In this document: in pieces, positions 51,006 through 60,165 of the stretch | How the letters are laid out: each line of letters begins with the position of its first letter | Numbering within the stretch: the first letter of the stretch is position 1 | Source: Tagaea sp. CACIAM 22H2 | GTDB lineage: Bacteria; Pseudomonadota; Alphaproteobacteria; CACIAM-22H2 | NCBI GenBank assembly: GCA_014444615.1 | Contig: PVXE01000015.1 | Coordinates: 12,124-76,123 of the forward strand | Length of the DNA: 64,000 nt | Reading direction: 5' to 3' | Program-made: the position numbers and the translations under genes | The notes under the pieces: model-generated | Databases searched by the model: none | What the model was told of the DNA's origin: nothing | The model's input: the letters and a program-made list of their open reading frames with translations, nothing else

Positions 51006-51394
51006 ACAAGACGCCGCTGAATAAGGTCATGCTGGTCGAGGACGATCCCGACATCCGCGAGATCGCCGAGATGGCGCTGGGCACGGTCGGCGGCTTCGAG
51101 TTGATGGCCTGCGCGTCGGGCGGCGAAGCCTTGCGCCGGGTCGACGCCTTCGCGCCGCAGCTCGCCGTTATCGACGTGATGATGCCCGCGATGGACGGAC
51201 CCACGCTGTTCGCGAGTTTGCGCGCCCGCCCCGCCACGGCGAAAATGCCGATCGTGTTCATGACCGCGAAGGTCCAGCCCGAGGAGATCGAACGCTGGCG
51301 CGCGTTGGGCGCGGCCGACGTGATCGCCAAACCATTCGATCCGCTGGCGCTCGCCAACCGGCTGCGCACGGTTTGGGGGAAGCTCGATGTCTGA
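51002..51394 (+). CDS. Single-domain (CheY-like) response regulator
   Basis: VMLVEDDPDIREI...IDVMMPAMDG...AKPF. 130 aa. The ATG overlaps the kinase stop (ATGA). Confidence 0.85.
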   Translation: MNKTPLNKVMLVEDDPDIREIAEMALGTVGGFELMACASGGEALRRVDAFAPQLAVIDVMMPAMDGPTLFASLRARPATAKMPIVFMTAKVQPEEIERWRALGAADVIAKPFDPLALANRLRTVWGKLDV

Positions 51395-51665
51395 CTCGGG
51401 ATTCGATTCGGGCGATCCCGTCGCCGCGGCGATCGCGCGTTTCCACCAGCGTTATCCCGCGCGTATCGACGAGATCGAGGCCGCGTGGAAAGCCGGCGAC
51501 TACGCCGCCGCCGAAACCGCTGCCCACCGTCTGAAAGGGGCGGGCGGCACGTTCGGCATGGAAGAAGCGAGTACGATCGCCTATCGCCTGGAACGCGCTT
51601 TCGCCGAGAATCGGCTCGACGGCGTCGCGGCCGACATCGCGGCCTTGCGCGCTTTGGGGAAGTAG
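51387..51665 (+). CDS. Hpt-domain phosphotransfer protein
   Basis: 92 aa with AAHRLKGAGGTFG (HxxKG phospho-His motif). It overlaps the REC gene by 8 nt. Confidence 0.7.
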   Translation: MSDSGFDSGDPVAAAIARFHQRYPARIDEIEAAWKAGDYAAAETAAHRLKGAGGTFGMEEASTIAYRLERAFAENRLDGVAADIAALRALGK

Positions 51666-51667
51666 CT

Positions 51668-52537
51668 TTGGAGATCGTCCTTCTGGGCACGGGCTGCCCG
51701 CAATGCGACCCCGATCGCCGGGGGCCTGCGAGTCTCGCGATCGGCGGCGGCGCGCGCATCCTGATCGACTGCGGATCGGGGGTGACGCAGCGTTTGGTCG
51801 AAGCGGGCACATCGGGTGCGGCCATCGACGCGCTGTTTTTGACCCATCTGCACAGCGACCATCTGGTCGATTTCTATCAGCTGGTGATTTCCAGCTGGCA
51901 TCAAGGCCGCGACCGGCCGCAACGCGTGTTCGGGCCGCCGGGCACGCGCGACTTCGTCGACGGCACGATGGCGTTGTGGGCGGCGGAGCGCGCGCAGCGC
52001 GTGGCGCACGAGAAGCGCGCCTCGACCGAGGCCTTCAAGATCGAAACGACCGAGCTGGTCGCGGGCGACGTTATCGCGATCGGGGACGCGCGCGTGCGCG
52101 TCGTGCCCGTCGCGCATCAACCCGTGAAACACGCCTTCGGCTTCGTGATCGAAGCGGACGACCAGAAAGCCGCCTTCAGCGGCGACACCGCCTATTGCCC
52201 GGCATTGATCGCCGCGGCGAAGGGGGCGGATGTTCTGGTCCACGAATGCTTCCTGCACGCGGAGATGAAGCCCGTTCCCGGCGTGCGCTCCGCCGCGACG
52301 ATCGACGCGGTGCGCTCCTATCACACGCCGCCCGAAGATGTCGGTCGCGTCGCCAAAGAAGCGGACGTCGCATGCCTGCTGCTCAACCATTTCGTGCCGG
52401 TGCGCTTCGACCGGAATGCGGCCCTGGATTCGGTGCGCCAAGCCTATAAGGGCCCCGCGGTCGTCGGCGAAGATCTGATGCGCTACGACATCGCGGCCAG
52501 ACGGCTGTTCCATCGCGGCGGATTGATCGGGTTTTGA
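51668..52537 (+). CDS. MBL-fold metallo-hydrolase (RNase Z/BN-like)
   Basis: LEIVLLGTGCP...LFLTHLHSDHLVD (HxHxDH). TTG 51668 lies 2 nt after the Hpt stop. The N-terminal part of the track ORF overlaps the Hpt gene. Confidence 0.75.
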   Translation: MEIVLLGTGCPQCDPDRRGPASLAIGGGARILIDCGSGVTQRLVEAGTSGAAIDALFLTHLHSDHLVDFYQLVISSWHQGRDRPQRVFGPPGTRDFVDGTMALWAAERAQRVAHEKRASTEAFKIETTELVAGDVIAIGDARVRVVPVAHQPVKHAFGFVIEADDQKAAFSGDTAYCPALIAAAKGADVLVHECFLHAEMKPVPGVRSAATIDAVRSYHTPPEDVGRVAKEADVACLLLNHFVPVRFDRNAALDSVRQAYKGPAVVGEDLMRYDIAARRLFHRGGLIGF

Positions 52538-53403
52538 GCATGGATTCCGGCGGATTTCAGCGCCCCGAACCGGGCACGCTCGCGATCGATCACATCGCGC
52601 ATTGGGTGCCCGATCGCGTGGCGGCCTTCGACGAATTGACGCGGCTGGGCTTCGCGCCCACGCCGTTTTCCGAGCAGTTCACCCGCACCAATCCCGACGC
52701 GCCGCCCGTTTCGGCCGGCACGGGCAATCATTGCGCGATGCTGGAACGCGGCTATCTCGAGTTCCTCGCCCCCATCGCCGACACGCCGAACGCCGCGACC
52801 TTGCACGCCGGTATCGCGCGCTATACCGGCGTGCATCTGATCGCCTTCGGCACGGTCGAACCCGAGGCGCAGCATGCGCGTCTCGCGCGCGAGGGTTTTG
52901 CGCCGCTCGATCCCGTCGCCCTGCAGCGCGCGATCGAGACGCCGGATGGCATGCGCACCGCGCGGTTTACCGTCGTGCGCACGGCGGCCGGAACGATGCC
53001 GGAAGGCCGGGTGCAATTCGTCGAGCACAAGACGCCCGAGCTTTTGTGGCAGTCGCGCTGGATTTCGCATCCGAACACGGCGTTCGCGCTGAAACGCGTC
53101 CATCTATGCGTCGCCGATCCGACCGAGGCGGTCGCGCGTTTCGCGCGCTATACCGGTCTTTCCGCGACAACAATTGAAGGCGTGCCCGGCATCGCCAGCG
53201 CGCGCGGCGATATGGTTTTCCGCGACGTCGCCGCCACGAAGGCCGCGTTCGGCATCGATCCGCCGGCTTTGCCTTGGATCGCGGGTTATACGCTGTCCTG
53301 CCGCGATTTGACGCAAACGCCCGCCGGACACGAAACCGCGCGCGGACGCATTGTCGTGCCCTCGCTTGCCTTGGGCGGCGTCATCGTGTTCGAAGCGGCG
53401 TAG
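52534..53403 (+). CDS. VOC/glyoxalase-like domain protein
   Basis: IDHIAHWVPD...GTGNHCAMLERGYLEFLAP... glyoxalase-like fold. The start is TTG 52534 or ATG 52540. Confidence 0.6.
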   Translation: MSMDSGGFQRPEPGTLAIDHIAHWVPDRVAAFDELTRLGFAPTPFSEQFTRTNPDAPPVSAGTGNHCAMLERGYLEFLAPIADTPNAATLHAGIARYTGVHLIAFGTVEPEAQHARLAREGFAPLDPVALQRAIETPDGMRTARFTVVRTAAGTMPEGRVQFVEHKTPELLWQSRWISHPNTAFALKRVHLCVADPTEAVARFARYTGLSATTIEGVPGIASARGDMVFRDVAATKAAFGIDPPALPWIAGYTLSCRDLTQTPAGHETARGRIVVPSLALGGVIVFEAA

Positions 53404-53775
53404 TTACGCCGACGCCTTGTTGACGTATTCGAGCGGGATCAGCGCGTCGGTCGCCGGGCGTTCGAGTTGCACGACGAAGGCGATCCGCCCTTCGACGAAG
53501 CGCAATTCCTTGCGCGCGCGCATCGGCAAGGGAATGCCCGTGCCCTTGCAATGGCGGATCATCGCCTGCGACAGCGCCGACGCGTCGAACTCGACATGCT
53601 TGGGCGTTTCGCCCTTTTTGGCGTAGACGAGCTTCACCGCGAAAGTTTCGCGGTCGACAGCCATTTTAATCACGCGCCCCGGCGGCAATTTCATGCCTTG
53701 GGTGCGCGCATGTTCGATCAGCGCCAGGACAATCTCCCGGTCCTCGAAGAAGACGATGCGATACTCGCTGCTCAC
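53404..53775 (-). CDS. Hypothetical protein (123 aa)
   Basis: Clean ORF with coding-like composition. I recognise no motif. It abuts the convergent VOC gene with no gap. Confidence 0.5.
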   Translation of the reverse strand: MSSEYRIVFFEDREIVLALIEHARTQGMKLPPGRVIKMAVDRETFAVKLVYAKKGETPKHVEFDASALSQAMIRHCKGTGIPLPMRARKELRFVEGRIAFVVQLERPATDALIPLEYVNKASA

Positions 53776-53812
53776 GTTAAAAACGAACCCTAATACGAAC
53801 GCCGCAAACGGG

Positions 53813-53833
53813 CCGAAGATACGCCATCTTCGG
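53813..53833 (-). terminator. Hairpin directly after the gloB stop
   Basis: CCGAAGAT-ACGCC-ATCTTCGG is a perfect 8-bp stem. The T-tract is weak on the minus strand (CCCGTTT) and reads TTT on the plus strand. Confidence 0.4.
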
Positions 53834-53834
53834 T

Positions 53835-54593
53835 TTAGAATCGATCCTTGGCGGCACGAATGGCCGCGAAAACCGTGACTGGATCGCGGCCCGCGAGACC
53901 ATAAGCCGCCGCCAAGGCCGGATCGTCGGCTCGCAAGAAGGGATTCGTGGCTTTCTCGACACCCAGCAGCGAGGGCACGGTGGCCTCGCCCTTGGCGCGC
54001 ATCGCGTCGATCTCCGCCGCCCGAGCCGCGAGCCTGGTATTCCCCGGATCGGCGGTTACGGCGAAGCGCGCGTTGGACTGGGTGTATTCATGCGCGCAGC
54101 AGACCAGCGTCTCGTCCGGCATGGCCCTGAGTTTCAGCAGCGAATTCCACATCTGATCTGGCGTTCCTTCGAACAGCCGGCCGCAGCCCAAGGCGAACAG
54201 CGTGTCGCCGCAAAACAACGCCTTTTCGTCCGCGAACCAGAAGGCGATATGGCCCCGGGTATGTCCGGGCACATCGAAGACCTTCGCCGTCGCATCGCCC
54301 AAGGTGATCGCATCGCCTTCCGCCAGCGCCAGATCGATGCCCGGAATCCGGTCGCGATCGGCCAGCGGCCCGACGATCTTGCAGCCATAGCGCGCTTTCA
54401 AAGCCAAATTCGCGCCGACATGGTCGTTATGGTGATGGGTGTTGAGGATATGGGTGAGCCGCCGCCCGGTACGGTCCAGTTCCGCGACGACCGGCCCCTC
54501 GACGGCCGGATCGACCACGGCGACCGTCATGCCGCTGTGCAGCAGCCAAACATAGTTATCCTTCAAAACCGGGATCCGGATTATCTCGAGCAT
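53835..54593 (-). CDS. gloB: Hydroxyacylglutathione hydrolase (glyoxalase II)
   Basis: MLEIIRIPVLKDNYVWLL...THHHNDHVG...VPGHTRGH...CAHEYT. ATG 54593 is preferred over TTG 54602. Confidence 0.9.
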   Translation of the reverse strand: MLEIIRIPVLKDNYVWLLHSGMTVAVVDPAVEGPVVAELDRTGRRLTHILNTHHHNDHVGANLALKARYGCKIVGPLADRDRIPGIDLALAEGDAITLGDATAKVFDVPGHTRGHIAFWFADEKALFCGDTLFALGCGRLFEGTPDQMWNSLLKLRAMPDETLVCCAHEYTQSNARFAVTADPGNTRLAARAAEIDAMRAKGEATVPSLLGVEKATNPFLRADDPALAAAYGLAGRDPVTVFAAIRAAKDRF

Positions 54594-54694
54594 TCTCCGC
54601 AAATTTTCCCGTTCTATGAATTTCCAACCCCAACATTTTACTGCCGGATGCCGGGCCGGTAATATCCCTTTCGGCGTTCCGGGACCGCGTAACG

Positions 54695-56461
54695 ATGTTC
54701 AAATCCGAAAGCTTCGAAATCCACTGCCTGCGCGACAACCGCTGGATGATTGAGACCAGTATCGGCTCCCAGTCGGAGGCCGAAGCCTTCGCGCGGAAGA
54801 TGCTGGAGAAAAAGGACGTTTTCGGCGTCAAGGTCGTCCGGGAACGCAAGGGCTCGTCCGGCAACACCTCCGAATCGGTCGTCTTTTCCAAGACCAAGGA
54901 AAAGCGCGAGGAGAAGGTCCAGATCGTGCCGGTGGACGCCGCACCGATGTGCGAGGAAGCCGAAGACTGCTACGGCATCGCCTCGCGCATGGTGCTGAAC
55001 CGGCTGTTCCGCCAGTACTTCGACAAGCAAAACATCACCCCGATGGAGGTGATGCACAACTATCGCGAGTTCAAACGCCTGCAGGATTCCGACACGCTGA
55101 TGACCAGCGCCATTGGCATGCTGGCGACGCTGCAGGCCCAGGCCGGCGGCATGAACGCAACCCAGCGGCGCGACACGCTCTATAAATTCCTCAAGGAAAT
55201 GTCGGACCGCGTGCGCGATATCGAATCGTCGCCGCTGCCGTCGATCAAGCTGCTCGGCGTCGACGAGGTGATGAAGAAGATCGCGCCCAAGGCGGGCGAG
55301 GACAAAGGCAACGCCGAGTTCCTGTTCCGCGCCGCCGTCAGCCGCGACTTGATCGACATCCGCAGCTTCATCGGCAAGCTCGACCGCGCGCTGATGTGGG
55401 CCGACGACAGCCAGGACGAGGAAGCCGCCCAGCTGCTCGACGATTTCGTCTGCGACGTGCTGGGAGCGGCCGAAGTCGTTCAAGAACTGCTCGGCGACCA
55501 GCCCAATCTTTTCGCCGCCTTGACGCGTCTGCTCGATCTGGCCGAAGGCAAATGGGATGCGCCCCCGCCCGGTGCGGCCGTCGCCAGCGTCGATGGCCCC
55601 AAAGCCGCAGCGGCGGCCGAGGCCGACGCCGCCGAGGAGGATCGCGCCGTCAAGATCGGTCGGCTGATCGTCAACGGCAAATTGCCCAATACCGGCCGCG
55701 TGCTGATGGAACGCGTGCGCCTGCAATTGCAGGGGACCAACCCGCTGATGCGCAGCGATCCGGAACAGGAAGTGCCCTGCTTCCGCCAATTGCTCGACCG
55801 GCTGGTGCCGGAGAACGGCAAGATCGTCGGCGGCACCGACATGATCGAGGCGCTGGTCCAGCGCAAATCGCGGATTTTGAATCGCGGCGGCAGCGCCGGG
55901 TTCCGCGCGGCGGCCGGCTGGATCGCGATGATCATGCTGAACCCGGCGCGCAAGGCGCGCTTCTGCATCGCGTTGACGCAAACGCCGACGGGCAAGCAGT
56001 ATCCGAACGAATCTTTCGGCCTGATCGACGACATGTTCGTAAAGGTCGAATCGATCGCCGATATCGCCAAGGCGCGCGTTCCCCCGAACGAGCGCATGGC
56101 CGCGATCACGCAGGTATGGAACGAGTTCCGCGCCGCCCCCATTCCGCTGGAATACGCCGAGCGCGTTTGCACGCGGCTCGACGATTTGCTGCTGCACTAC
56201 ATCAAGAGCGAGCGCATCCTCGAGAAGATCGACGATCCCTCGCGCCCCTTGCGTTTGCGCACGATGATGCTGATGAAGCTGTGCCTGCCCACGTCGCTGC
56301 CGCCGGGCAAGGCGTCGGAACTCGCGCGCGGCATCATCATCGACAAGCTGAAACGCCCGAATTTCGAAGGCGAAGTCGTCGCCGACATCTCCGATCCGAA
56401 CGAGAAGGCGAAGGCCCAGCGCGACATCTTCCTGCTGATGCGCCAAGCCGGGTTCATGTGA
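54695..56461 (+). CDS. Conserved-looking hypothetical protein (588 aa), cytoplasmic, acidic
   Basis: Long clean ORF with no TM segment or signal peptide and no motif I recognise. The stop overlaps the start of the MmcB-like gene (ATGTGA). Confidence 0.7.
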   Translation: MFKSESFEIHCLRDNRWMIETSIGSQSEAEAFARKMLEKKDVFGVKVVRERKGSSGNTSESVVFSKTKEKREEKVQIVPVDAAPMCEEAEDCYGIASRMVLNRLFRQYFDKQNITPMEVMHNYREFKRLQDSDTLMTSAIGMLATLQAQAGGMNATQRRDTLYKFLKEMSDRVRDIESSPLPSIKLLGVDEVMKKIAPKAGEDKGNAEFLFRAAVSRDLIDIRSFIGKLDRALMWADDSQDEEAAQLLDDFVCDVLGAAEVVQELLGDQPNLFAALTRLLDLAEGKWDAPPPGAAVASVDGPKAAAAAEADAAEEDRAVKIGRLIVNGKLPNTGRVLMERVRLQLQGTNPLMRSDPEQEVPCFRQLLDRLVPENGKIVGGTDMIEALVQRKSRILNRGGSAGFRAAAGWIAMIMLNPARKARFCIALTQTPTGKQYPNESFGLIDDMFVKVESIADIAKARVPPNERMAAITQVWNEFRAAPIPLEYAERVCTRLDDLLLHYIKSERILEKIDDPSRPLRLRTMMLMKLCLPTSLPPGKASELARGIIIDKLKRPNFEGEVVADISDPNEKAKAQRDIFLLMRQAGFM

Positions 56462-56913
56462 GCGGCCCGGAAGTTCCGCCGACCGAAGACGAACTCCTCG
56501 CCCGTCGCATCGCGCGCGGGCTTGCCCGCGCGCTGGGGCGCGAAGGCTGGACCAGCCTCGCCGAATTTCCGCTGGCCAGCGGCCGGCGCGCCGATCTGAT
56601 GGCACTGTCCGACGACGGGCGCTTCCTGCTGATCGAGATCAAATCCTCGGCGCAGGATTTCCGCACCGACCGCAAATGGCCCGAGTATCTCGAATGGTGC
56701 GACCTGTTCGCCTTCGCGGTCGCCGAGGATTTTCCGTTCGATCTGCTGCCGCCCGAACCGGGGCTTTACGTCGCCGACGCCTACGACGCCGCCTTGCGCC
56801 GGCCGCTGCAGGAAACGCCGAAGCTTGCACCCGCGCGCCGAAAAGCGCTGACCTTGCGCTTCGCGCGCCTCGCCGCCGACCGTTTGCGGCGCACCCTCGA
56901 TCCCGGCGTTTAG
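56458..56913 (+). CDS. mmcB: MmcB-family DNA repair protein (PD-(D/E)XK nuclease-like)
   Basis: VSGPEVPPTEDELLARRI...SGRRADLMALSDDGRFLLIEIKSSAQDFRTDRKWPEYLEWCDLFAFAV. GTG 56458 is coupled as GTGA to the upstream gene. Confidence 0.65.
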   Translation: MSGPEVPPTEDELLARRIARGLARALGREGWTSLAEFPLASGRRADLMALSDDGRFLLIEIKSSAQDFRTDRKWPEYLEWCDLFAFAVAEDFPFDLLPPEPGLYVADAYDAALRRPLQETPKLAPARRKALTLRFARLAADRLRRTLDPGV

Positions 56914-58373
56914 CGCGAAATTTTCTTCAGCGTGTTGGTCGTGCTTTGGCCTTCGATCAGCCGCGCGAGCACGACGCGCCCGCCCCAGCTTTCGACCTCG
57001 GCGGCACCGACCACCTTGTCCTTGGTGTAGTCGGCACCTTTCACCAGCACATCCGGGCGGATCGCCTTGATCAACTCGATCGGCGTGTCCTCGGCGAAGA
57101 TCGCGACCAAATCGACATTGCCGAGCGAGGCGAGAACGGCGGCGCGCGCGGCTTCGGTCTGCACGGGCCGCGCCGGGCCTTTGAGGCGCTTCACGGACGA
57201 GTCCGCGTTGAGACCGACGATCAACTTGTCGCAAGCGGCGCGCGCCTGGCCGATCAGCGACACGTGGCCGGGATGCAGCAGATCGAAACACCCGTTGGTG
57301 AAGCCGACCTTCAAGCCTTGGCGGCGCCAGCGTTCGGCCTGATCTTGCGCTTGATCCAACGTGGCGAGTTTGTTTTCGCCGGTCGCGAGATCGTCATGGC
57401 GCAATACGCGCACAAGATCGGCGCCATAAGCGACGGCCGTGCCCACTTTCGCGACCACGACCGAGGCGGCGACGGAAGCCAAACGCGCCGCTTCGAGCGG
57501 CGTAAGGCCCGCGGCGATGCCGGTCGCGAGTGTGGCGACGACCGTGTCGCCCGCCCCCGAAACGTCGTAGACCTCGCGCGCCAAGGCCGGCAGATGATGC
57601 ACCTTGCCGCGCGCGGGGATCAGGCTCATTCCCTCCGCACCGCGCGTGACGAGCACGTAGTCGCATTCGACGGTCTTGATGATCTTCTTGGCCGCGCGCT
57701 CGACTTGGCCGTCGTCGTCGCAGGGCATACCCGTCGCGTCGGCAAGTTCGCGCCGATTGGGGGTCAGGATCGTGGCGCCCTTGTAGCGCGTATAGTCGCG
57801 GCCCTTGGGATCGACGATCGACACGCGCTTGGCTTTGCGCGCCGCCATGATGATCGTCTGCACCGCGCGCGGGACGAGCACGCCCTTGGCGTAGTCGGAA
57901 ATCGCGACGACGGAACATTCCTTCAGCGCCTGACAAACCAAACGCGCCGCATCCTCGGCCGTCGAATCGTTGATCGGGGCCGCGGTTTCCTGGTCGGCGC
58001 GCAACATCTGCTGATGCCCGGCGACGAAACGCGTTTTGATCGTCGTAACACGGCCGCGCTCGTTCAGCAGATGGGGCTCCACACCCTCGATCCCGCCGAC
58101 CAGCGACATGATCTCGCGCCCGGCGGGGTCTTGGCCCACGACCGAGACGAATTCGGGCACGCCGCCCAACCCCGCGATATTGCGCACGACGTTGCCCGCC
58201 CCGCCCAGCATCGCGACTTCGCGTTCGATGCGTAAGACCGGGATCGGCGCTTCGGGCGAAATGCGCTCGGCCGAACCGTAGACGAAACGGTCGAGCATCA
58301 CGTCGCCCACGCAAACGACGCGCGCCCCCTTCAGCTTGGGCACAAGGGCGGCGAGATCGGCGTTCGCGGTCAC
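56910..58373 (-). CDS. hldE: Bifunctional D-beta-D-heptose 7-phosphate kinase / heptose 1-phosphate adenylyltransferase
   Basis: The kinase half has GDVMLDRFVYG...PEAPIPV...GGAGNV...DVSGAGDT. The cytidylyltransferase half has GFTNGCFDLLHPGH. GTG 58373 overlaps the gmhA stop (GTGA). Confidence 0.9.
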   Translation of the reverse strand: MTANADLAALVPKLKGARVVCVGDVMLDRFVYGSAERISPEAPIPVLRIEREVAMLGGAGNVVRNIAGLGGVPEFVSVVGQDPAGREIMSLVGGIEGVEPHLLNERGRVTTIKTRFVAGHQQMLRADQETAAPINDSTAEDAARLVCQALKECSVVAISDYAKGVLVPRAVQTIIMAARKAKRVSIVDPKGRDYTRYKGATILTPNRRELADATGMPCDDDGQVERAAKKIIKTVECDYVLVTRGAEGMSLIPARGKVHHLPALAREVYDVSGAGDTVVATLATGIAAGLTPLEAARLASVAASVVVAKVGTAVAYGADLVRVLRHDDLATGENKLATLDQAQDQAERWRRQGLKVGFTNGCFDLLHPGHVSLIGQARAACDKLIVGLNADSSVKRLKGPARPVQTEAARAAVLASLGNVDLVAIFAEDTPIELIKAIRPDVLVKGADYTKDKVVGAAEVESWGGRVVLARLIEGQSTTNTLKKISR

Positions 58374-58990
58374 GACGAATGCGTCTGATGCGTGGCGGGG
58401 CCGTCGGCGATGCCCAGCGCCAATTCCAAACCGCCGCACAGCATCTGGCCGAGCGTGATGTGCATTTCCTGGATGCGCCCCGTGGTGTTCGACGGCACGA
58501 CCAGCGCGATATCGGCATGTTCCAGCGCCGGGCCGCCGCCCTTGCCGCCGAACAGCACCGCGGTGATGCCCATCTTTCGCGCGATCTTGAACGCTTCGAT
58601 CACGTTGGGGGAACTGCCCGACGTCGAAATCCCGATCAGCAGATCGCCCTGCTTGCCGATCGCTTCGATCTGGCGCGAGAACAGATATTCGAACCCGATA
58701 TCGTTGCCGATCGCGGTCAACGCCGAGGTATCGGTCGTCAACGCGATCGCGGCGATCGCCGGGCGATTCTTGATGTAGCGGACGGTCAGCTCGGTCGCCA
58801 GATGCTGCGCGTCGGACGCCGAGCCGCCATTGCCGCAGAACAGGATTTTGCCGCCGTTGCGGATCGTCGCGACCGATTGCGCGAGCAGGCGGCCGAAGGA
58901 TTCCTCCAGCGCGCGATGCGTCGCTTCCGCGACGGCGCGATGCTCGACGAATTCCGATTGATAGAAGCTTTTGGGATCGAAACCGGTCAT
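58370..58990 (-). CDS. gmhA: D-sedoheptulose 7-phosphate isomerase
   Basis: SIS domain: ILFCGNGGSASDAQHLATEL...GISTSGSSPNV. ATG 58990 overlaps the upstream stop (ATGA). Confidence 0.9.
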   Translation of the reverse strand: MTGFDPKSFYQSEFVEHRAVAEATHRALEESFGRLLAQSVATIRNGGKILFCGNGGSASDAQHLATELTVRYIKNRPAIAAIALTTDTSALTAIGNDIGFEYLFSRQIEAIGKQGDLLIGISTSGSSPNVIEAFKIARKMGITAVLFGGKGGGPALEHADIALVVPSNTTGRIQEMHITLGQMLCGGLELALGIADGPATHQTHSS

Positions 58991-60165
58991 GGCTTGGCGC
59001 GAACCACACCCTTCAAAATCGCCTCGAATCGGGCGGATATCGTCGCAATATCGAAGGTTCGCCGCGCGTAGTCCAGCGCTTTGGCGCCCATCGCCGCCCG
59101 CGTTTCCGGGTTCGCGGCCAAGGACTTGGCGCCATCCAGGAACGAAGCCCGATCGGCCTGGTTGGCGACCAGCCCCGCCCCTTCGCGCACCAGGATGCGC
59201 GCCGACAGGTTCTCGGGCGGAATCGCCGCCAGGATGGGCCGCCCGGCGCAAAGATAGGTCAGCACCTTCGACGGCACGGAGAAGATGCCCGCATCGGGTT
59301 CCAGCACGGCAACCAGCACGTCGGCGCTGGCGAGCGTTTCGCCCAAACGCGCGAAATTCTGGAACGGCAGGACGCGCAGATTGGAAAGGCTTTGCGCCTT
59401 CAACCAATCCGCCCCCGGCCCTTCGGAAATCACCAGCATGATCGCATCGGGCAAACGCGCGGCCAGATCGCGCAGCAAGCTCGGGTCGTGCTTCAGGCCC
59501 AGCGTGCCGGAATAGAGGAACACGGTTTTACCGATAAGACCCTGTTCGCGCGCGAAGGCGTTGTCGCGCGGCGCGATTTTGATGTCCTCGCGCGCGGCCC
59601 AATTCTCGATCGTGTGGATTTTCTGCACGTGCCAGGATTTCAGCAGCGGCTCGAAATCCGCCGTGATCGCGACGACCGCATCGGCGCGGCGCAGCAGGCG
59701 CGCTTCCATCGCTTCGTAATAAATTCCGATCGCATCGCCCGCGATCGGAATCTTGCGGCTGAGAATTTTGCGGATCGCGATGCCGACAAGATCCTGCAAC
59801 CAATAGACGAAGCCCGCCCCGACATCGCGCGCGCCGGCGAAGGCGCCGGCCTGCGGGTCGAGGGGCGCATTGCCCGCCAGCACGGCGTCGGGCTTCCAGC
59901 GCTTTATGTCCTCGCGCACCAACGCGCCAAGCCGGCGTTCTTGCGACCAGCGCTTGACGAAGGAATGCTTCGCGAACGGTTCGTCCAGCTCGGTGAAGCC
60001 GAGCTCGAAATTCGACGGATCGTCTTCGCGCCGTTCCAGCGGACCCTTGGGGGCCTGGAACGCCTTGAAGCAGACATGGCGCACGTCATGCCCGCGCGCG
60101 GCCAGTGCGCGCGACAACTGCACGGGAAACGCGTGGCCGGGATAGTCGTAGATATAGACGCGCAT
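58987..60165 (-). CDS. Glycosyltransferase family 4 (WbuB-like)
   Basis: MRVYIYDYPGHAFPVQLSRALAARGHDV... The C-terminal part carries a GT-B EX7E-like region (FSVPSKVLTYLCAGRPILA). Confidence 0.8.
   Translation of the reverse strand: MRVYIYDYPGHAFPVQLSRALAARGHDVRHVCFKAFQAPKGPLERREDDPSNFELGFTELDEPFAKHSFVKRWSQERRLGALVREDIKRWKPDAVLAGNAPLDPQAGAFAGARDVGAGFVYWLQDLVGIAIRKILSRKIPIAGDAIGIYYEAMEARLLRRADAVVAITADFEPLLKSWHVQKIHTIENWAAREDIKIAPRDNAFAREQGLIGKTVFLYSGTLGLKHDPSLLRDLAARLPDAIMLVISEGPGADWLKAQSLSNLRVLPFQNFARLGETLASADVLVAVLEPDAGIFSVPSKVLTYLCAGRPILAAIPPENLSARILVREGAGLVANQADRASFLDGAKSLAANPETRAAMGAKALDYARRTFDIATISARFEAILKGVVRAKP

Noticed and set aside
54638-56605. 655-aa minus-strand ORF antisense to the 588-aa hypothetical gene
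   Set aside because: Same artefact class. The plus-strand frame has balanced, protein-like composition and a coupled downstream gene.
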